Counted from the stretch's first letter, positions 44,118 through 54,229 are shown. The stretch is 64,000 nt of DNA from Blautia sp. (GCA_017475035.1 JAFVGK010000121.1:13015-77014); one strand, 5' to 3'. Made by a program: numbers and translations. Notes: generated from the letters alone by a model not told the origin.

Positions 44118-46445
44118 ATGGCAGATTTGATTCACATAGAGCAGGGCACTGGGCTTTCTGAACAGGATCTTGAGAGACTCGAGGTCGTTAAGCGCACGGA
44201 TGCAGCGGTAAGATCGATGAATGATTTTACCAGCCCGGAAGAATTATATCAGGCTCTTGTGGATAGTGTGCGCAAATATCATCCTTCTACGGATATTACC
44301 ATGATCCAGAAAGCATATGATATTGCCAGGGAGGCGCATAAGGATCAAAAACGTAAGTCCGGTGAGCCATATATCATTCACCCTTTGTGCGTCGCGATTA
44401 TACTTGCGGATCTTGAGCTGGATAAGGAATCCATTGTCGCCGGCCTTCTCCATGATGCGGTGGAAGATACATGGATGACACTTGATGAGATTTCCAGTGA
44501 ATTTGGAGAAGAGGTTGCCCTTCTGGTAGATGGCGTAACGAAGCTGGGACAATTATCCTATTCGATGGATAAGGTGGAGGTCCAGGCTGAAAATCTGAGA
44601 AAAATGTTCCTTGCGATGGCAAAGGATATCCGGGTGATTTTGATCAAGCTTGCCGACAGGCTCCATAATATGCGCACACTTCAGTATATGAAGCCTGAAA
44701 AACAGCTGGAGAAGGCAAGGGAGACCATGGATATCTATGCTCCGCTGGCACAGAGACTCGGTATCTCCAAAGTAAAGGTAGAGCTGGACGATTTGTCCTT
44801 AAAGTATTTAAAGCCGGATGTATATTATGAACTGGTGGAAAAGATCGCTCTGAGAAAGAGCGCCCGCATTGAGTTTGTCGGGAATATCGTGCGGCAGGTA
44901 AAACAACATCTTGAGGAAGCCGGCATTCGCGGGCAGGTTGCGGGACGAGCGAAGCATTTTTTCAGTATTTATAAAAAAATGGTCAATCAGGGAAAAACCG
45001 TAGATCAGATCTATGATCTTTTTGCGGTCCGCATCCTTGTAGATTCCGTCCGTGATTGCTATGCCGCTCTCGGCGTGATTCATGAGATGTATACACCGGT
45101 ACCGGGGCGGTTTAAGGACTATATCGCCATGCCGAAGGCAAATATGTACCAGTCCCTTCATACAACCTTGATCGGACCGAATGGACAGCCCTTTGAAATC
45201 CAGATACGTACTTTTGAGATGCATCGGACTGCGGAATATGGCATCGCGGCTCATTGGAAATATAAAGAATCCTCCGACGGAAAGAAACCGGTGGATAAAA
45301 GTGAGGAAGAAAAGCTGAACTGGCTGCGCCAGATTCTGGAGTGGCAAAGGGACATGTCAGACAACAAAGAGTTCATGAGCCTGTTGAAGAACGACCTGGA
45401 TCTCTTTGCCGACAGCGTTTACTGTTTTACTCCGCAGGGCGATGTCAAAACACTGCCGAATGGATCGACCCCTATTGATTTTGCCTATTGTGTACACAGC
45501 GCTGTAGGGAACAAGATGATCGGGGCAAGGGTAAACGGTAAGCTTGTACCGATTGACTATAAGATCTGTAATGGTGACCGGATTGAAATTATAACTTCCC
45601 AGAACTCTCAGGGACCAAGCCGCGACTGGCTGAAGATTGTAAAAAGCACCCAGGCAAAAAACAAAATCAATCAGTGGTTCAAAAAAGAGCTGAAGGAGGA
45701 TAATATTGTCCGGGGGAAAGAGCTTCTCACCGCTCATGCCAAGGCAAAAGGATTTAAGATCAGCCTTTTTACCAAGCCGGCGTATATAGACGCCGTCCTG
45801 AACAAATATGGGTTTCGGGACTGGGATTCTGTACTGGCGGCCATCGGGCATGGGGGCCTGAAAGAAGGACAGGTTTTTAATAAGCTTCTGGAAAGCTACG
45901 AGAAGGAAAACGTCCAGAATCTGACGGATGAGCAGGTGATAGAAGCGGTTCATGAACATTCGCTTCACACTCCGGCCGCAAGAAGCCGTTCCGGAATTGT
46001 CGTGAAGGGAATTCATGATGTGGCAGTCCGTTTTTCAAAGTGCTGTAATCCGATTCCGGGAGATGAGATCATTGGTTTTGTTACCAGGGGACGGGGCATT
46101 ACCATTCACCGTACCGATTGTGTCAATGTGATTCATATGTCTGACGATGACCGGCATCGTCTGATAGAGGCGGAATGGCAGGCGGGGGAAGAGACCCAGA
46201 ATGAGCAGTATACCGCAGAGATCCGCATCTACGCAAATAACAGGACCGGTTTATTTGTTGATATCTCAAAGATATTTACGGAAAGGAAAATCGATCTCAA
46301 ATCGATCAATTCCTCAACGAATAAGCAGGGTACCGCCACTCTGGTTCTTTGCTTCAATGTTTCTACCAAAGAAGAGCTGCAGTCTTTACTTGAAAAAATC
46401 CGACAGGTTGAAAGTGTGATAGACGTAGAGAGAGCCAGCGGCTGA
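44118..46445 (+). CDS. rel: Bifunctional (p)ppGpp synthetase/hydrolase Rel (long RSH)
   Basis: RKSGEPYIIHP, LLHDAVED, KLADRLHNMRTL, YQSLHT, EIQIRT, TGS, CCNP and ACT regions. Confidence 0.97.
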   Translation: MADLIHIEQGTGLSEQDLERLEVVKRTDAAVRSMNDFTSPEELYQALVDSVRKYHPSTDITMIQKAYDIAREAHKDQKRKSGEPYIIHPLCVAIILADLELDKESIVAGLLHDAVEDTWMTLDEISSEFGEEVALLVDGVTKLGQLSYSMDKVEVQAENLRKMFLAMAKDIRVILIKLADRLHNMRTLQYMKPEKQLEKARETMDIYAPLAQRLGISKVKVELDDLSLKYLKPDVYYELVEKIALRKSARIEFVGNIVRQVKQHLEEAGIRGQVAGRAKHFFSIYKKMVNQGKTVDQIYDLFAVRILVDSVRDCYAALGVIHEMYTPVPGRFKDYIAMPKANMYQSLHTTLIGPNGQPFEIQIRTFEMHRTAEYGIAAHWKYKESSDGKKPVDKSEEEKLNWLRQILEWQRDMSDNKEFMSLLKNDLDLFADSVYCFTPQGDVKTLPNGSTPIDFAYCVHSAVGNKMIGARVNGKLVPIDYKICNGDRIEIITSQNSQGPSRDWLKIVKSTQAKNKINQWFKKELKEDNIVRGKELLTAHAKAKGFKISLFTKPAYIDAVLNKYGFRDWDSVLAAIGHGGLKEGQVFNKLLESYEKENVQNLTDEQVIEAVHEHSLHTPAARSRSGIVVKGIHDVAVRFSKCCNPIPGDEIIGFVTRGRGITIHRTDCVNVIHMSDDDRHRLIEAEWQAGEETQNEQYTAEIRIYANNRTGLFVDISKIFTERKIDLKSINSSTNKQGTATLVLCFNVSTKEELQSLLEKIRQVESVIDVERASG

Positions 46446-46458
46446 ATAAAGTATCATA

Positions 46459-46489
46459 AAACGTACAAAACTGCGTTATGGGAAGGAGG
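46459..46489 (+). repeat. Family B 3' fragment supplying the RBS of the MBL hydrolase
   Basis: AAACGTACAAAACTGCGTTATGGGAAGGAGG. Confidence 0.75.
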
Positions 46490-46495
46490 GCGGCG

Positions 46496-47122
46496 ATGAA
46501 AAAGCTTGATATTCTAAAATGTAATGTGGGAGAGGTCTGGACAAATTGTTACCTTGTAAAAAATAAGGAAACATCGGAAGGCTTTATCGTGGATCCGGGA
46601 GCGGAAGAACAGAAGCTTCTCAGGAAAATAAAAGACTTTGGAATGGATTGCAGGGGCATTTTGCTTACCCATGGCCATTTTGACCATATCATGGCTGTAA
46701 ATGCTCTGGCCAAAGAGTTAAAGATACCGGTATATGCCTGCCTTTATGAGCATGCTTTGCTCTCCGATCCTTCTCTGAGCATGACAGACTCTTATGACGG
46801 ATGTACGATAACGCCTGATTATGAACTTGCGGATGGCGAAGAGGTTGCTCTTGCAGGCGTGAAACTGAAAGTATTGCATACGCCCGGGCATACACCCGGA
46901 AGCTGTTGTTTTTATATTCCGGAGGAAGACATTCTGTTCAGCGGCGATACACTGTTTTTCCGTTCTGTAGGAAGAACGGATTTTCCCGGAGGCAGTATGA
47001 CACAGATGCAAGAGAGCCTGCACCGGTTGCTTGAGGAATTGCCGGAAGAAGTTCAGGTTCTTCCGGGACATGAACTGCCGACGACGATCGGACAGGAAAA
47101 GAGGTACAATCCGTTTGTCTAA
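46496..47122 (+). CDS. MBL-fold metallo-hydrolase (glyoxalase II/YcbL-like)
   Basis: THGHFDHI, HTPGHTPGS, FSGDTLF, GRTDFPGG, PGH. Confidence 0.92.
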   Translation: MKKLDILKCNVGEVWTNCYLVKNKETSEGFIVDPGAEEQKLLRKIKDFGMDCRGILLTHGHFDHIMAVNALAKELKIPVYACLYEHALLSDPSLSMTDSYDGCTITPDYELADGEEVALAGVKLKVLHTPGHTPGSCCFYIPEEDILFSGDTLFFRSVGRTDFPGGSMTQMQESLHRLLEELPEEVQVLPGHELPTTIGQEKRYNPFV

Positions 47123-49301
47123 GATACATATTTATTTTATGGAAACCATGTTCGAACACGATGTGTTCGAACTGATCAGAGCATTTTATCCGGAGGCTGA
47201 TTTTGTCTCCGTATATGAAGCTCCTCCGGCCCGGATCCTCGATCAGATCGAAAAGGAAATAGAACAGACCCAATTGAAACAGGATATTTTCCTGGGACAT
47301 TTAAAGAAGCAGGAGGAAGATGCGGCGCAGCTCCCTGATGATAAAAATGATATCTGTTTTATTGTGGATCGTGAAGGGGACTTTCACAGAATCCGCAGCC
47401 TGAGCAAAAAAGAGATATTTATCCTGACGTCAGGATTAATCCCGGATTCTGACGGGATCGACATTGTGGGAGATGAGGATGCAAAGCAGAAGATCCGGAT
47501 CAGGATCCGGAAAGAAAACAAGGACCGGGTGAAAACAGGGCTGTATCGAATGCTTGTAAAGATGTCCGGAAAAGAACTGCCATGGGGCAGCCTTACAGGC
47601 ATCCGTCCAGTGAAGCTTGCCTCGGATCTTTTGGCGGAAGGCAGAAAAAATACGGAGATAGCCGGAATTTTCAGGGAGAGGTATCAGGTCAGCGCCAAAA
47701 AGACAGCCCTTGCTGTCACGATAGCGAACAGAGAGAAGGAAATAACAAAAAACATTGATCCGGAGAAGGGATACAGTCTGTATCTGGGGATTCCTTTCTG
47801 CCCGAGTATCTGCCTGTATTGTTCCTTCAGCAGTTATCCCATTTCGGTTTATCACACTAAGGTAGAAGCGTATCTCAAGGCTTTATACCGGGAAATTGAG
47901 GCGATGGCCTTTCAGATGGCTGAAACCTCCAGAACGCTTGACACGATTTATATCGGAGGCGGTACTCCCACGACATTGTCGGCAGCTCAGCTGGACGGTC
48001 TTCTCGATCATATCGGCAGATGCTTCGGATATGATGGAGTAAAGGAGTTTACCGTTGAAGCCGGCAGGCCTGACAGTATTGACCGAGAAAAGCTGAAGGC
48101 TATGCGGCATTATCCTGTGAGCCGTATTTCGGTCAATCCCCAGACGATGAATCAAAAGACACTTGACCTGATCGGCAGGCATCACACGGTGGATCAGATT
48201 CGGGAAGCCTTCCGGCTCGCGCGGGAGGAAGGGTTTGATGATATCAATATGGATATCATCATCGGACTGCCGGGTGAAGGAAAGGATGAAGTTTCCTATA
48301 CACTGGAGGAAATAGCGAAGCTGTCGCCGGACAGCCTGACAGTGCATACCCTGGCTGTAAAGCGTGCGGCTCGCCTGAATATTTTCCGGGATCAGCTGAA
48401 GGAACTGACGTTTGAGACCAGCCAGGAGATCATGGATGAGACCATGGAAGCGGCTTATCGGATGGGCATGGCTCCGTATTATCTCTATCGTCAGAAAAAC
48501 ATGAAGGGTAATTTTGAAAATGTCGGTTATGCGAAAGAAGGCAAAGCCGGACTGTACAATATTCTCATCATGGAAGAAATCGAGCCGATTCTGGCACTGG
48601 GCGCCGGCGGGGCATCCAAGCTGGTGCTGCCATATGACAGCAGGATCGAGAGGGTCGAAAATGTCAAGGACGTAAATCATTATATCGAACGGGTCGATGA
48701 GATGATTGAGCGAAAGAAAAAAGCACTGCCTCTTCTGGAACCCAAGAGAAGAATGATTACGTTTGATCTTATCTCGGAAATCCGTCATGGCATACAGGTC
48801 AGCAACCTGGCGTATGCAGTGGGAAAGGAATATGGCCTGGAGGATGATGAATGCTATGAGCTGGCGATCGCCGGCATGGTTCACGATATCGGCAAGCTGA
48901 GACTGAGAAGCTATATCAGTGGAAATGAACAGGATCCGATGGTGATCGAGGAACTGAAATATATGCGGATGCATTCTGCTTTGGGATATGAAGCCCTTGA
49001 GGAAATAGGCGGATATTCGGATTCTGTTCTGCAGACTGTCCTTTATCATCATGAAAATTACGACGGAAGCGGCTACCCGGACAATTTAAGCGGGGAACAG
49101 ATCCCCATCGGCGCGCGCATCCTCAGGGTGTGTGACGTATATTGCGCACTGATCTCTGATCGTCCTTATCGAAAGGCTTTTGATGCCGGGACGGTGATGG
49201 AGCTGATGATTGAAGAGGTCAAAAATTTCGATATGGGTGTGTTTCTTGCTTTTCAACGAGTGATACATGATAAGGATACCATAAATATCAGAAAGGAATG
49301 A
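47115..49301 (+). CDS. hemZ: HemZ (HemN-like radical SAM) fused to a C-terminal HD-GYP domain
   Basis: LPWGSLTGIRP, IPFCPSICLYCSF (CxxxCxxC), GGGTPT, EAGRPD, PYYLYRQK; then HDIGK...HHENYDGSGYP...RPYR. TTG start at 47115 after AAGAGGT. Confidence 0.9.
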   Translation: MSKIHIYFMETMFEHDVFELIRAFYPEADFVSVYEAPPARILDQIEKEIEQTQLKQDIFLGHLKKQEEDAAQLPDDKNDICFIVDREGDFHRIRSLSKKEIFILTSGLIPDSDGIDIVGDEDAKQKIRIRIRKENKDRVKTGLYRMLVKMSGKELPWGSLTGIRPVKLASDLLAEGRKNTEIAGIFRERYQVSAKKTALAVTIANREKEITKNIDPEKGYSLYLGIPFCPSICLYCSFSSYPISVYHTKVEAYLKALYREIEAMAFQMAETSRTLDTIYIGGGTPTTLSAAQLDGLLDHIGRCFGYDGVKEFTVEAGRPDSIDREKLKAMRHYPVSRISVNPQTMNQKTLDLIGRHHTVDQIREAFRLAREEGFDDINMDIIIGLPGEGKDEVSYTLEEIAKLSPDSLTVHTLAVKRAARLNIFRDQLKELTFETSQEIMDETMEAAYRMGMAPYYLYRQKNMKGNFENVGYAKEGKAGLYNILIMEEIEPILALGAGGASKLVLPYDSRIERVENVKDVNHYIERVDEMIERKKKALPLLEPKRRMITFDLISEIRHGIQVSNLAYAVGKEYGLEDDECYELAIAGMVHDIGKLRLRSYISGNEQDPMVIEELKYMRMHSALGYEALEEIGGYSDSVLQTVLYHHENYDGSGYPDNLSGEQIPIGARILRVCDVYCALISDRPYRKAFDAGTVMELMIEEVKNFDMGVFLAFQRVIHDKDTINIRKE

Positions 49302-50560
49302 TTTACGATAATATGAGCCTGAAAAAGAAACCGGTGACCGGAATGAAGGACATCCTCCCAAAGGAGATGGAGATACGGAACTATGTGATGGAGATGATCC
49401 GCCGTGTTTACGCAAATTATGGTTTTACCTGTGTGGAAACTCCCTGCGTGGAGCACATAGAAAACCTCTGCAGCAAGCAGGGCGGAGAAAATGAAAAGCT
49501 GATCTTTAAAATCCTGAAACGCGGCGAAAAGCTGAAGATTGATACGGCAAAAGAGGAGACGGACCTGGCGGATCTCGGACTTCGATACGATCTTACCGTT
49601 CCGCTGACCCGCTTTTATTCCAATAACGCAAATGAACTTTCCGCTCCGTTTAAAGCACTTCAGATGGGGAATGTCTGGCGCGCTGACCGGCCGCAGAGAG
49701 GAAGATACCGGCAGTTCATGCAATGTGATATCGATATTCTCGGCGACCCCGGGATTATGGCGGAGATCGAGCTTGTCCTGGCTACAACGACTCTGCTGGG
49801 AAGACTTGATTTTCATGGATTTTCCATTCGCATTAATGACCGGAGACTGTTGAAGGCGATGGCAATGTACTCAGGCTTTCCGGCAGAGAAATATGATACC
49901 GTGTTCATTATTCTCGACAAGATGGATAAGATCGGAATTGAGGGTGTACGCCAGGAGCTTTTAGAGGAAGGCTTTCATGCAGATCAGGTGGACACCTACC
50001 TGTCTCTTTTTGAACAGCTGGAGCACAGCGCGGATGGAGTGAAGGAGTGTCAGAAGATCCTTTCTTCTGTTCTGGATGCGGCAGTGTGTGAGGAACTGTC
50101 TTCGATCATCGAAATTGTGGAGAAATCAAAAACCGCCGATTTCCGTATGGTGTTTGATCCGACACTGGTACGTGGAATGTCATACTATACCGGACCGATC
50201 TTTGAAATTTCTATGGATGAGTACGGCGGGAGCGTCGGCGGCGGCGGCCGGTATGATGAGATGATAGGGAAATTCACGGGAAATGCCGTGAGCGCCTGCG
50301 GTTTTTCCATCGGCTTTGAACGGATCGTCATGCTGCTCCTGGAGAGGGGATATGAAGTTCCTAAGACGGGTGAGAAAAAAGCCTGGCTGATTGAAAAAAA
50401 CATGCCTCTCGAAAAGATGGCTGAGCTGATGGAACAGGCTCAGAAAGCGAGGGAGGAAGGTGCGCAGATCAACATCTGCGTCATGAAGAAAAATAAAAAA
50501 TTCCAGAAGGATCTTCTGATTTCTCAGGGATATGAAAAAATCGAGGAGTTTTTTGCATAA
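49298..50560 (+). CDS. hisS: Histidine--tRNA ligase
   Basis: LRYDLTVP, WRADRPQRGRYRQFMQCDID, LVRGMSYYTG, GGGGRYD, GFSIGFERI. Confidence 0.96.
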   Translation: MIYDNMSLKKKPVTGMKDILPKEMEIRNYVMEMIRRVYANYGFTCVETPCVEHIENLCSKQGGENEKLIFKILKRGEKLKIDTAKEETDLADLGLRYDLTVPLTRFYSNNANELSAPFKALQMGNVWRADRPQRGRYRQFMQCDIDILGDPGIMAEIELVLATTTLLGRLDFHGFSIRINDRRLLKAMAMYSGFPAEKYDTVFIILDKMDKIGIEGVRQELLEEGFHADQVDTYLSLFEQLEHSADGVKECQKILSSVLDAAVCEELSSIIEIVEKSKTADFRMVFDPTLVRGMSYYTGPIFEISMDEYGGSVGGGGRYDEMIGKFTGNAVSACGFSIGFERIVMLLLERGYEVPKTGEKKAWLIEKNMPLEKMAELMEQAQKAREEGAQINICVMKKNKKFQKDLLISQGYEKIEEFFA

Positions 50561-50580
50561 AGAAGGAAGGAAACAATAAC

Positions 50581-52374
50581 ATGGCTGAAAGTATGAAGGG
50601 ACTTCACCGTACCTGCAGATGCGGTGAAGTGACAAAGGATCAGATCGGGAAAGAAATCACACTGATGGGCTGGGTGGCAAAGGCCAGAAATAAGGGCGGC
50701 ATCATCTTTGTGGATTTACGTGACCGCAGTGGTATCATGCAGTTGATTTTTGAACCCGGCGAAATCGATGAGGAAGGATTTGCGAAGGCAGGTAAGCTCA
50801 GAAGCGAGTTCGTGATTGCCGTGACAGGAAAACTATGCGAACGGGAAGGCGCGGTAAACGAAAATCTGTCTACCGGATCAATGGAGGTCCGTGTGAGGAC
50901 GCTTCGCATTCTTGCCGAGGCAGAGGTTCCTCCGTTCCCGATTGAAGAGAACAGCCGTACAAAAGATGAAGTCCGCTTAAAATACCGTTATCTGGATTTA
51001 CGCCGCCCCGACCTTCAGAGAAACCTCATGCTGAAAAGCCGTGTGATGCAGCTGACGAGAAGATTCTTCACGGAAGAAGGATTTCTGGAGATTGAGACGC
51101 CGATGCTTGGCAAGAGCACGCCGGAGGGAGCAAGGGATTACCTTGTGCCCTCAAGGATCCATCCGGGAGCCTTTTATGGACTGCCCCAATCTCCTCAGTT
51201 ATATAAACAGCTGCTGATGTGCTCAGGCTATGACCGCTATATCCAGATCGCGAGATGCTTTAGAGATGAAGATCTGCGGGCAGACCGTCAGCCTGAATTT
51301 ACGCAGATAGACATGGAATTATCCTTTGTGGATGTGGATGATGTCATTGACGTGAATGAACGGTTCCTGGCCTATCTTTTCCGTGAGGTCCTGGGATTGG
51401 AGATTGCCTTGCCGATCCGCCGCATGACCTGGCAGGAGGCAAGAGACCGTTATGGCTCAGATAAACCGGACCTGCGTTTTGGCATGGAGCTGGTTGATGT
51501 GAGTGATATCGTGAAGGATTGCGGTTTTGCCGTATTTACATCAGCCATCGAAAACGGCGGCAGCGTTCGCGGGATTAAGGCTGAAGGTCAGGGCGCGATG
51601 CCGAGAAAGAAACTGGATAAGCTCGTAGAGTTTGCAAAAGGATATGGGTTAAAAGGCCTCGCCTATCTCGCAATCGGAGAAGACGGCGCACGTAAATGTT
51701 CTTTTGCGAAATTCATGACGGATGAACAGCTGGATGCGCTCGCTGCCGGAATGGGAGCGAAAAACGGAGATCTGCTTCTTTTTGCGGCAGATAAAACGAA
51801 GCTTGTCTGTGATGTTCTTGGCGCGCTCAGACTTGAACTGGCGAAACAGATGGAGCTGATCAATAAGGATGAGTTCTGCTTTGTCTGGATTACCGAGTTC
51901 CCGCTGCTGGAGTGGAGCGAAGAGGAAAACCGATTTACGGCAATGCACCATCCGTTTACGATGCCGATGGAGGAGGATCTGCCCCTATTGGATACGGATC
52001 CCGGAAGAGTCAGGGCCAAAGCTTATGATATCGTTCTGAACGGAAATGAAATCGGCGGCGGCAGCGTCCGTATCCACCAGGATGATATACAGGAGAGAAT
52101 GTTTAAGGAGCTTGGATTTACGCAGGAAGCTGCATACAATCAGTTTGGCTTTTTGCTGGATGCTTTTAAATATGGAGTGCCGCCGCACGCAGGGCTTGCT
52201 TATGGACTTGACCGTCTTGTAATGCTGATGGCAGGCGTGGACAGCATCCGTGATGTCATTGCTTTCCCGAAGGTCAAAGATGCTTCCTGCCTTATGACCC
52301 AGGCGCCTCAGACGGTTTCGGATTTACAGCTGAAAGAGCTTGGACTTGCGCTGGTATCCGGGGAAGAGCAGTAA
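50581..52374 (+). CDS. aspS: Aspartate--tRNA ligase
   Basis: LKYRYLDLRR, STPEGARDY, LPQSPQ, FRDEDLRADRQPEFTQ, HHPFT, GGGSVRIH, PPHAG. Confidence 0.98.
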   Translation: MAESMKGLHRTCRCGEVTKDQIGKEITLMGWVAKARNKGGIIFVDLRDRSGIMQLIFEPGEIDEEGFAKAGKLRSEFVIAVTGKLCEREGAVNENLSTGSMEVRVRTLRILAEAEVPPFPIEENSRTKDEVRLKYRYLDLRRPDLQRNLMLKSRVMQLTRRFFTEEGFLEIETPMLGKSTPEGARDYLVPSRIHPGAFYGLPQSPQLYKQLLMCSGYDRYIQIARCFRDEDLRADRQPEFTQIDMELSFVDVDDVIDVNERFLAYLFREVLGLEIALPIRRMTWQEARDRYGSDKPDLRFGMELVDVSDIVKDCGFAVFTSAIENGGSVRGIKAEGQGAMPRKKLDKLVEFAKGYGLKGLAYLAIGEDGARKCSFAKFMTDEQLDALAAGMGAKNGDLLLFAADKTKLVCDVLGALRLELAKQMELINKDEFCFVWITEFPLLEWSEEENRFTAMHHPFTMPMEEDLPLLDTDPGRVRAKAYDIVLNGNEIGGGSVRIHQDDIQERMFKELGFTQEAAYNQFGFLLDAFKYGVPPHAGLAYGLDRLVMLMAGVDSIRDVIAFPKVKDASCLMTQAPQTVSDLQLKELGLALVSGEEQ

Positions 52375-52570
52375 GATATACTCGGTAACGGAAATGTCTG
52401 CCGATCTGCCCAACGTATAACGAGTGAACGCGCTCCCTTTTCAATCCGAAAGCGGCAGTTAAATGCGTTCACGAGTATAACAGGAAAGAGGAAGGCACAG
52501 CCTTGCGTCTTCCCATGCGAACCGCCCGTCAATGTAAGGTGACATCTTTCTTTGGGCGGCTCTATGATAA

Positions 52571-52623
52571 TAAAGAAAAGAGAGCCGAATCCACCAATAT
52601 GGATTCGACTCTCTTTTCTTTAT
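52571..52623. terminator. Bidirectional terminator between aspS and the convergent lipoprotein gene
   Basis: TAAAGAAAAGAGAGCCGAATCCA...TGGATTCGACTCTCTTTTCTTTA. Confidence 0.8.
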
Positions 52624-52667
52624 GAGGGGTGCCGGTTGGATACAGACCATTTTGTGGGGCTTGTCTT

Positions 52668-53933
52668 TTATTGGACATCCAGGCTGCGGCTGAAAAGAGC
52701 TTCTCCCAGCACCGCGGCGCTTTCTTCGGTGAACTGCCAGCGGGCGCCATTGTTGACGAACTGGAAAACGCATTTTGAGGTTCGTGTCTGTCTGTTTTCC
52801 GAAAGGATGGAAAGCATGAGATTGCAGGAGTAACGATATCGCTTTTCTTCTCCGTCAATCACTGCTGCTGGTGAAGACAGATACTTATTCAGACTTTCCG
52901 TATAAGACCGTAATATGGCTTCGCTGTCAAAGGATGTGATCAAAACCGTACAGACGGCTTCATTCCGTTCTCTGGTACAGGATATGATTTCATAGTCAAA
53001 GAGCTCACACACCTGCCCGGCTAACTGAAAACCGATCTGACCGGAAAAAGAGCTTTGATCCTGGATGAGCCCGCTGAAGCCCATAAACGCAGACAGCGCG
53101 GATATATCCATGTCTTTTATCGCATCAAAGCAAATAGAAATTGTTTCTTCGGGACTTAACAGATAAGGATCAGACAGAAGGGTAAGAAGGCCACCGGTAA
53201 GATAGTCTTCCAAACGTTTAGAATGAGGAATTTTCCATTCCCCTGATGTGTTTTTAGTGAGATATATCGTACATGTCTTTTGGATCGTACCGTAGTCATT
53301 GTCCGATAAAAGATTTGATAAAATAGCGAGCTGCCGTTCCTCTGATACGGCTGCGTGGGAAACTGACTTTGTCTTCAGCAGCCCAGCGGCCGAAGCAGAA
53401 GAATCGTCATCCGAAAGCATTGAATTAACGTACGGGGCTTCGTCCGGGGAGGAGGCAAGATTGTCAGGGGATGACTGTAAAGAGGAGGAATTCGCGGTCA
53501 GCATTTCTTCTCTTATCAATAATCCCACGTAATCCTTTGCAAGAGGCCTGGCGTTGATCGTCGTAAGCTTCACATTGGCTGTGGCGGTGTTGTCGGAGGC
53601 GTTAACCTTGATTTTACCGATAGAGAAATCAAAGTGTTCAAAAAAAAGGGTGCAGACATCTCCGGGAAGAGAAACGGTCATCTGTGACAGAGACAGAAGC
53701 GTGCCATGATTGATGTACGCTTGAACCGTCTCCTGGTCCAGATCCCGCAATAATCCGAATTCATTGGACAGAACGGAACGTATTTTCTGTTTATCCCCGT
53801 TCGCGCAGGCACAAAGAAAGAATGATATGCAAATGGCGATACAGAATATAATACATTGGAACAGCCTGGGGGAGGCGTCCGATAATCTATCCCGTTTGAT
53901 GTCCATAAGATTCCCATCCTTTCTCTGCACCAA
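52668..53933 (-). CDS. Hypothetical lipoprotein with two related halves; contains an in-frame family B insertion
   Basis: Hydrophobic segment ending LCAC; twice F/Y-D-F/Y-x-I...A-x-x-x-V-x-(L/I)T...W patterns. Exact start is uncertain. Confidence 0.7.
   Translation of the reverse strand: MVQRKDGNLMDIKRDRLSDASPRLFQCIIFCIAICISFFLCACANGDKQKIRSVLSNEFGLLRDLDQETVQAYINHGTLLSLSQMTVSLPGDVCTLFFEHFDFSIGKIKVNASDNTATANVKLTTINARPLAKDYVGLLIREEMLTANSSSLQSSPDNLASSPDEAPYVNSMLSDDDSSASAAGLLKTKSVSHAAVSEERQLAILSNLLSDNDYGTIQKTCTIYLTKNTSGEWKIPHSKRLEDYLTGGLLTLLSDPYLLSPEETISICFDAIKDMDISALSAFMGFSGLIQDQSSFSGQIGFQLAGQVCELFDYEIISCTRERNEAVCTVLITSFDSEAILRSYTESLNKYLSSPAAVIDGEEKRYRYSCNLMLSILSENRQTRTSKCVFQFVNNGARWQFTEESAAVLGEALFSRSLDVQ
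53358..53455 (+). repeat. Family B repeat inside the CDS 52668-53933, antisense to it
   Basis: GGAAACTGACTTTGTCTTCAGCAGCCCAGCGGCCGAAGCAGAAGAATCGTCATCCGAAAGCATTGAATTAACGTACGGGGCTTCGTCCGGGGAGGAGG. Confidence 0.85.
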
Positions 53934-54094
53934 TTATATCACAGTTCGGTTTATTGTACCATAAATCATTGCTTTTGTCAAAAGAGAGTTCGGCTTAAAA
54001 TGTCATGAATCCCTCATAACCTGTACTTTTATTTTTCACAAATATCTGGTATGATAAAGGCTGAACATCATGATAGAAGGCCAGTAAGCCAAAA

Positions 54095-54191
54095 GGAAAC
54101 TGATTTTGCCTTCGGCAGCCCAATTGCCGAAGCAGCAGAATCGTCATCCGAAGACAGCGAGTCAACGTACAAGACTGCGTTATAGAAGGAG
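54095..54191 (+). repeat. Family B repeat in the leader of the ABC exporter operon
   Basis: GGAAACTGATTTTGCCTTCGGCAGCCCAATTGCCGAAGCAGCAGAATCGTCATCCGAAGACAGCGAGTCAACGTACAAGACTGCGTTATAGAAGGAG. Confidence 0.9.
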
Positions 54192-54229
54192 AGGCAGAGC
54201 TGAAAGACTGGCGGAAGTTAGGAGGAGCT

